From Nitrospiraceae bacterium (GTDB taxonomy: Bacteria > Nitrospirota > Nitrospiria > Nitrospirales > Nitrospiraceae), in NCBI GenBank assembly GCA_035698625.1, contig DASSBQ010000310.1, positions 1 through 38,453 on the forward strand: 38,453 bases of DNA, written 5' to 3'. The notes beneath the pieces are model-generated. The model had not been told where the DNA came from and made no database searches. It was given only the letters and a program-made list of their open reading frames with translations. Positions 34,567 to 38,453 of the stretch are shown here, one piece after another. Each line of letters starts with the position of its first letter. Position 1 is the first letter of the stretch. The translations under genes were made by a program, and so were the position numbers.

Positions 34567-35823
34567 TTAGACGGGTGCCGGACGTTCTTGAGCCACCCGA
34601 TGACGGAACCAAGCGGTTGACGCGGCGAGAACAAGCAAGACCATGCCGATCCCCACGAGGCTGACTGCTTCGCTGGAAACTTCCATGAGCCATCCGAAGA
34701 AGGTCATACCGGCCATGGAGGTGGCCGTCGCAATCGCCGTATAGAGGGCCATGACTCTGCCGATCATATGTGCCGGGGACAATTCTTGAATAATGCCCCA
34801 TGCGATCGGGGTCCATGTCCCAAATCCAATGCCGACGAGCACTATAAGGATCGTCGCCACGACGATGTCGGAGACCCAGATAAGACCGAACAGGGCAAGC
34901 CCGCCGACGGCGCTGGATAAGGTGATGACAGAGATGCGGCTCGGGAGATCCCAAGCAGTGAGGCGGACAAGGGACAACGATACCATCAGCAACCCGACGC
35001 CGAGCCAGGACCAGAGATAGCCGACTTCCACAGGACCGAGCGAAAGCAATTTCTTGCCGAACACGGGAAACAACGTGGTGAAGGCGCCGCTGCCGAACGT
35101 GTACAAGGACGCCAAGATAATCAGCAGCAGAATCGCCCGCCGGGACACCAAGGTGTAGCGGATCCCTTCGATCAGATCCTGGATGGCCGTCGATTGCTGC
35201 GGCTGGACCAAGGGTTTTGTCATCCCGCTGGAAAGACGAAGAGGAAACAGAAACACAGCGGAGGCTACATAGGTGATCGCATTGACGCAGAGCACATCCT
35301 GGGATCCGGACATTGCTATTCCCAGCCCGCTGATAGCCGGGCCGATGATAATGCCGAGGCTGGTCGTGCCTTGAAGCAATGCATTGGCAGCAGTGAGCTG
35401 GCTTCTTTTCACCATGAGCGGCACGGATGAGGACAGCGTGGGCACGAACATGGCCGTCGCGATCCCGTACAGAAACGTCATCACGTAGAGCGACTCGACG
35501 GTAAACGATTCAACGGACACCCAGCAGGGAATCAGCCCGATCAACAGGGCTCTGGCGAGGTCGCTGATGATAAGGATGGCTTTCTTGGGCAGCCGATCGA
35601 CCGTCACGCCGATAATGGGCCCCAGCAAGATCGGCGGCAGCGTTTGCAGCAACCCAATGACGGTCGTCTTGAGCGGGGACCCGGTGATCGAATAGACAAA
35701 CCACAGCAAGGCCAGCTTGCTGACTCCGTCGGCGACCTGGGAGAGCACCTGACTCCACCAGACAAGGCTGAAGTCTCGGGTAAGGAGCCATTGTCTGCGA
35801 CGGATGATCGGAAGCTCCGCCAT
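34567..35823 (-). CDS. MFS transporter (MFS_3 / EntS-like subfamily), paralog 1
   Basis: 12-TM hydrophobic profile. N-terminal block RDFSLVWWSQVLSQVADGVSKLALLWFVY...DRLPKK. GAGGAG lies upstream of the ATG at 35823. The tracked ORF extends to 35898, so the start is uncertain. Confidence 0.8.
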   Translation of the reverse strand: MAELPIIRRRQWLLTRDFSLVWWSQVLSQVADGVSKLALLWFVYSITGSPLKTTVIGLLQTLPPILLGPIIGVTVDRLPKKAILIISDLARALLIGLIPCWVSVESFTVESLYVMTFLYGIATAMFVPTLSSSVPLMVKRSQLTAANALLQGTTSLGIIIGPAISGLGIAMSGSQDVLCVNAITYVASAVFLFPLRLSSGMTKPLVQPQQSTAIQDLIEGIRYTLVSRRAILLLIILASLYTFGSGAFTTLFPVFGKKLLSLGPVEVGYLWSWLGVGLLMVSLSLVRLTAWDLPSRISVITLSSAVGGLALFGLIWVSDIVVATILIVLVGIGFGTWTPIAWGIIQELSPAHMIGRVMALYTAIATATSMAGMTFFGWLMEVSSEAVSLVGIGMVLLVLAASTAWFRHRVAQERPAPV

Positions 35824-36125
35824 GCGAGACGTCTCCTCTTCCTGATCCATCGTGAAGGACCGGCTTGGCATCATACCTGTGCCGGTTGGCTCCCGCATGC
35901 ACGACCCTCGCGGCGAAATGGTTATACCGGAATGTGGCCGATCAGGATAGGCGGGGAAAGGGACAAGGCCGGAAGGCGAAGGGTTGAACCATCTCGCCGG
36001 TTCTATTCAAGAAGACGTCCACGGCACTCGACACGCCGTTTGACGGTCGTCCCTCCGTCGCGCCGTGCGACTCATTATCCTTCGGATCTCCCACTTCGCC
36101 ACGGCGCCTCGGCGGTTTAACCGGG

Positions 36126-37397
36126 CTAGGCAACTGCCGGTTGCAGGATCACCGATTGACGCATAAATCGAAACGCCACGACGGCTGTCAGTAACAGCAT
36201 CAGACCCAGACCGATCAGGCTTTGTGCCGGACCGACGGCATCTGCGATCCAGCCGAATCCCGTCATGCCGGCCATAGCGGCCGCCATCGAACCGGTGCTG
36301 AATGTGGTGAGCACGCGTCCCATCAAGTGTTGCGGCGTGACCTCTTGCAATAACGCCCACACGATCGGGTTCATAATGGCCGTGCTTCCACCGACTACGA
36401 TGACGACAGCCGCTGCGACGAGCGGCGTTTCGAGAAGGCTGAGACTGCAGACGGCCACTCCTCCTACGGTCATTCCCCAAACAATAAGACGCAACCGGCT
36501 GTGGATGTCGCCCTGATGTCTCCAAGCCAACCAAGTAGAGACGATGAGCATGCCGACTCCCAGCGCCGACCACAGCCAACCCAGTTGCACCGGCCCGACT
36601 TGCAAAAACTCCTTCGCATACACCGGCAAGATGAAGACGAACGCGCTGGCGCCGAGGTTGTACAAGGCGGAGAGAATGACCAGCAGAAAAATAAGGGACT
36701 TGGTGCCGAACACGAAGCGGAATCCCGTTTTCAAGTCATCGAGCACCGACACGGGAGCCCCGCCTTCATTGACCGTGCTTCGCCACGTTTCATGAAGTCG
36801 TATGGGCATCAAACAGAGCGCCGAAATCAGAAACGTCGCGGAATTCACGTACAGAACGTTTTCCGCGCCCATGACGGCTATGAGGACGCCGCTGATAGCA
36901 GGACCGAGCAGCAGGCCGATATTGTTCGTGCCCTGGATCAAGGCATTCGCGGTCACCAACTCCGTAGGCCGGACCATTCGGGGAACGGCCGACACGAGCG
37001 CCGGACCAAAGATGGTCGATACGATCGATGTCAAAAAGATGAGGAAATACAGTCCCCCGAGCGACAGCAGATCAAAGGCGTACAGAGCCGGAATGAGGAA
37101 CGTCATGACAGTACGAATGATATCGACCCAGATCATCACGGTCTTCTTCGGCAGGCGATCGAGGTAGACACCAATCATGGGTCCGAACAGAAGGGGAGGA
37201 ATCGTTTGGATCAGTCCGACGATGGTCATCTTCAAGGCGGAACCGGTCAAGGTATAGACGAACCAGAGAAGGGCGACCTTGTTCAATCCTTCGCCAACTT
37301 GAGAGGACATCTGTCCCCACCAGAGTAAGCCGAAATCTCTGGTCCGTAGTAATCGCCATCCCCTGCTCTCACCGTCGGATATGCTGTCTTCCATCAT
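36126..37397 (-). CDS. MFS transporter (MFS_3 / EntS-like subfamily), paralog 2
   Basis: Same architecture and clearly paralogous N-terminal block (RDFGLLWWGQMSSQVGEGLNKVALLWFVY...DRLPKK). GGGAG lies just upstream of the ATG-ATG at 37397. The tracked ORF extends to 37469, where there is no Shine-Dalgarno. Confidence 0.8.
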   Translation of the reverse strand: MMEDSISDGESRGWRLLRTRDFGLLWWGQMSSQVGEGLNKVALLWFVYTLTGSALKMTIVGLIQTIPPLLFGPMIGVYLDRLPKKTVMIWVDIIRTVMTFLIPALYAFDLLSLGGLYFLIFLTSIVSTIFGPALVSAVPRMVRPTELVTANALIQGTNNIGLLLGPAISGVLIAVMGAENVLYVNSATFLISALCLMPIRLHETWRSTVNEGGAPVSVLDDLKTGFRFVFGTKSLIFLLVILSALYNLGASAFVFILPVYAKEFLQVGPVQLGWLWSALGVGMLIVSTWLAWRHQGDIHSRLRLIVWGMTVGGVAVCSLSLLETPLVAAAVVIVVGGSTAIMNPIVWALLQEVTPQHLMGRVLTTFSTGSMAAAMAGMTGFGWIADAVGPAQSLIGLGLMLLLTAVVAFRFMRQSVILQPAVA

Positions 37398-37648
37398 CTG
37401 CTCCCGCCCGCTAATAAGCCGTTTACGAATGAATGAACATGCACTCTTATATTGGTGAGAATAAGGCATGTTGAAGGAAAGAGAAGCCTCGGAAGGACCC
37501 TAGTCGGCCTCCGACAAATACCCGTCTCTCATCATAATTTTGTCCAGGCGGACTGCTAGGGAATTGGGGCCAACGGTCGCCATTGCCTTGCCTCTTGTGC
37601 CTTGTGGGGGAAGTCCAAGCCAACGGTTGAACGAAGCCATTGAAAACT

Positions 37649-38407
37649 CTACGTTGCGAGGGCTGCTTCCTGATGACGGCAGGCTAAACGAGTGTACAAC
37701 AAATCGGCCAAGGGTTCGAGGTTTACGCAATCAGCTTCGTTGTAGGCGAGCAATTGCTCCAACGCATTCGCATCATGACCGTGTCGCCAGCGATTCCACA
37801 GACGCATCGCATCAGATCCGTTCATCCCATGCAGATCCTCTCTCCGGGTGATGCCGAGTGCAGCCTCAATCGCTTTCAGCCCTCCGCGTAACCCGACGGC
37901 GCGAGCCAGGGGATAGAGGTCGATATGCGGCCGATCCAAAGAGAGCAGCGGAAACTGACTATCAAGCATCGGCAGATCGAAGCTGGCACCGCAAAAAGTC
38001 ACGAACAAGTCGTATTGTCCGAGTTCTTCGTGAAGCCGAACCTGTGTGAGCGACTCACCGCGGATCAGGGACGTCATGGCGCCATGCGCGTACAAGCCCA
38101 CGACCGTGATCCGGCCGAACGAATCGGTCTCGATATCCAAATAGACCGCCTTCGGCCGCAGCCATTCATAGAGACGCCATTGATGACGCGGAGTGAAACA
38201 TCCCGCAAAAAAACGCGCGTTGCCACGCTCATATTGTTCCTGAGCGAGCGCCACCTCTTGATCGTAGAGCATCTTCCTGGGCCGGCTGATCCCCTGAATG
38301 GCCGCCTGGGAAAGAAACTTTGTCCAGGTCGGAATCCCACATCTCCACCACCTTCGTTCGGTAGCGAGGTCGACTCCCCGAAGAAAACAAAACGTGGATT
38401 CGATCAT
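37649..38407 (-). CDS. RNase H-fold DEDD 3'-5' exonuclease, YprB/MrfB-like (RNase_H_2 family)
   Basis: 252-aa ORF. VYLDIETDS (Exo I), FCGASFDLPML (Exo II-like) and AYNEADCVNL (Exo III-like Y-x3-D). Its ATG overlaps the stop of an upstream gene (ATGA at 38404-38407). Confidence 0.7.
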   Translation of the reverse strand: MIESTFCFLRGVDLATERRWWRCGIPTWTKFLSQAAIQGISRPRKMLYDQEVALAQEQYERGNARFFAGCFTPRHQWRLYEWLRPKAVYLDIETDSFGRITVVGLYAHGAMTSLIRGESLTQVRLHEELGQYDLFVTFCGASFDLPMLDSQFPLLSLDRPHIDLYPLARAVGLRGGLKAIEAALGITRREDLHGMNGSDAMRLWNRWRHGHDANALEQLLAYNEADCVNLEPLADLLYTRLACRHQEAALAT

Positions 38408-38453
38408 AGACCGTCCCGCAACAGGTAGCGCGCCGTGCTCTCGACCATGTCAC
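38404..38453 (-). CDS. 3' end of an unidentified gene truncated by the window edge
   Basis: The frame ending ..DMVESTARYLLRDGL-TGA overlaps the exonuclease start by 4 nt. Only 15 codons are visible, so no function can be assigned. Confidence 0.4.
   Translation of the reverse strand, partial: DMVESTARYLLRDGL

Noticed and set aside
1-38453. Search for mobile elements, prophage genes, toxin-antitoxin pairs, restriction-modification or known defence systems, and tRNA or rRNA genes.
   Set aside because: No transposase, integrase or recombinase motifs. No long inverted or direct terminal repeats, no cloverleaf-like tRNA sequence, and no cas or R-M signatures were recognisable. The window looks like core chromosome.

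Overview
GC-rich, gene-dense chromosomal segment from a diderm (Gram-negative-type) bacterium. I call about 40 protein genes. I see no rRNA or tRNA, no CRISPR array, and no transposase, integrase or phage signature. The content reads as core genome. A Nitrospira-like lineage is only my guess from composition and gene order, and it needs a database search. All family names come from motif recognition by eye, with no similarity search run.

Layout:
- (1) 6-6564, minus strand: tightly spaced SLT transglycosylase, glycerate kinase, PEP-utilising-family phosphotransferase and rmuC.
- (2) 6665-9400: family-5 UDG, transaldolase, a lipoprotein, a membrane TRASH protein, and a lower-GC patch with two doubtful mini-ORFs.
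- (3) 9497-19708, minus strand: a nine-gene arginine plus lysine supraoperon, argD-argF-argG-argH-small lipoprotein-B12/radical-SAM-lysA-dapA-dapB.
- (4) 19875-23508: DUF2628 protein, a Trp-rich orphan, short gpmA, a 158-aa orphan, and a small OM beta-barrel.
- (5) 23644-26693: a translationally coupled Ddl-like ATP-grasp ligase plus HExxH metallopeptidase, divergent from a secreted Lon-type S16 protease domain.
- (6) 26785-30813: ttcA, SGNH hydrolase, membrane protein, msrA, TonB-C protein.
- (7) 30867-38453: PilZ, DUF3422-like protein preceded by an untracked 54-codon acidic ORF, Pal-like lipoprotein with a textbook terminator, two tandem MFS paralogs, and a YprB-type exonuclease coupled to a gene cut by the window edge.

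Best candidates for undescribed biology:
- the ATP-grasp/metallopeptidase cassette, possibly with the Lon-like protease;
- the B12-radical-SAM::STAS fusion wired into the arg/lys operon.

Smaller sequence-level oddities:
- a (TTTTCAC)x5 repeat next to an 11-bp hairpin that buries the ttcA start codon;
- a 14-bp tandem duplication at the argH stop;
- Arg-rich N-terminal extensions on ArgF and ArgH;
- a beta-barrel gene whose signal peptide lies in another frame.
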